Part shown: positions 34,386 through 35,546 of the stretch, piece by piece
How positions within the stretch are numbered: the stretch's first letter is position 1
Layout: every line of letters begins with the position of its first letter
Assembly (NCBI RefSeq): GCF_001194135.2
Contig: NC_068996.1
Span: 56,286,173-56,321,718, forward strand
Direction of reading: 5' to 3'
DNA: 35,546 nucleotides
DNA from: Octopus bimaculoides
Taxonomy: Eukaryota
Notes under the pieces: generated by a model
What the model was told of the DNA's origin: nothing
Seen by the model: the letters and a program-made list of their open reading frames with translations, nothing else
The model's database searches: none
Made by a program: the position numbers and the translations under genes

Positions 34386-34932
34386 CCGCGCGTGTAAGCA
34401 TAACTACTGATATATTGCTTTATGAATATACCCTATGCATGTGCATACAAATGTATGAGCGCGCGCGCGCACCCACACACACACAGTGGGGGAGAGATAG
34501 AAAGGAGAAGAGAAAGAATGAGACTGAGTGGAAAAGAACGCGAAAGTGAAACTAGAACAGTATGTCTGAAGGGAAAATAAAGAGAGAAATAAAGAAAAAC
34601 GGATGAGTCATGAGTCATGGTGGCAATTTATGATCTACGTTTAGCGATTTATTTTATCGAAGAACCGCTGTTAGTGGAACAAACGATTTACGATCGACGT
34701 TTGTTGATTTCATTTCTCGAAAGCCTTCCTGAGTATAAACAAAACGATTCTAGATCTAAGTTTTCAATTTAGTTAATCCGGAAATGAAAGTGTAAACAAA
34801 AGGTTTACCAGCAGATCTGTAGGAAGCAAGGACAAATAGATAAATAAATAAATACTTATTCTTTTATGCTTTACTTTTCCTTAGACATATTTGCGTATAT
34901 GCAGCGTATTTTATGAAAGGATATATATATAT

Positions 34933-35482
34933 AAACAATATATGAGTATATGCATATATATGTACATGTATGTATATACGTTCATCTACATGTACATATG
35001 AATACATAACTGGGTACATGACGTGGCAAAAGAACAAGGACAAAATGGTAAACAAGGTGCAACAAACAAGCAGGCCACATAGAAACATCCCCTTCATCAG
35101 CTGCCACCATTAAAACTCCGGCGTTTCGAAGAATTAAGGCAGTACGCATCGTTAAAATGGTTCTTCCCACGAACACAAATTAAATTGTTCTCGTGGAGGG
35201 TAGTGGCGGACGGAAAACAAGACAGGAAAACGAAACGGTGAAATAAACAAACAAAAAGGCTGTACAGCCATACGTGAAGTGTGTATGTCTTGAACGCTGT
35301 TTTAATGGTGGCAGCTGATGAAGGGGATGTTTCTATGTGGCCTGCTTGTTTGTTGCACCTTGTTTACCATTTTGTCCTCGTTCTTTTGCCACGTCATGTA
35401 CCCAGTTATGTATCTATATGTACATGTAGATGAACGTATATACATACATGTACATATATATGCATATACTCATATATTGTTT
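34933..35482. repeat. Near-perfect inverted repeat, 184-bp arms (34933-35116, 35299-35482) with 182-bp spacer
   Basis: About 3 mismatches by manual comparison; the same ORF (MKGMFLCGLLV..) appears on both strands in the ORF track. Confidence 0.92.
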
Positions 35483-35546
35483 GTATCACGACAGAACGCA
35501 CGCGTTACCTTTATACAGTAAGTTTTATATATATATATATATATAT

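Noticed and set aside
35085-35140. Permuted (type II) hammerhead GAAAC...CTGATGA on the minus strand
   Set aside because: Core words are present and stem II is plausible, but stems I and III do not pair convincingly.

Overview
Repeat-dense, gap-containing eukaryotic scaffold; the SINE families and microsatellite load suggest an octopod cephalopod (inference from recognition, no database search run). No intact host protein-coding gene can be called, and most ORF-track entries are N-gap or microsatellite artefacts or decayed transposon frames. Contents: (1) a non-autonomous Ty3/Gypsy LTR element (12191-15006, minus strand, 393-bp TG..CA LTRs, CATA TSD, PPT, tRNA-Trp PBS) whose U5-tip/PBS junction is tandemly reiterated; (2) a decayed Penelope-like element (GIY-YIG) and several minimal hammerhead-ribozyme motifs with palindromic stem III, including an inverted pair at 33901-34207; (3) a chain of L1/Tx1-like, R4/Dong-like and non-coding elements nested in (AAT)n arrays at 23800-29150; (4) CR1, RTE and R4/Dong fragments; (5) three tRNA-derived SINE families, two of whose 3' tails match LINE 3' ends in this same window; (6) hAT, Tigger-like and foldback MITEs; and (7) a weak candidate for the 5' exons of a minus-strand host gene near 19460-20070. 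Boundaries of decayed elements are approximate, and all alignments and translations were done by eye.
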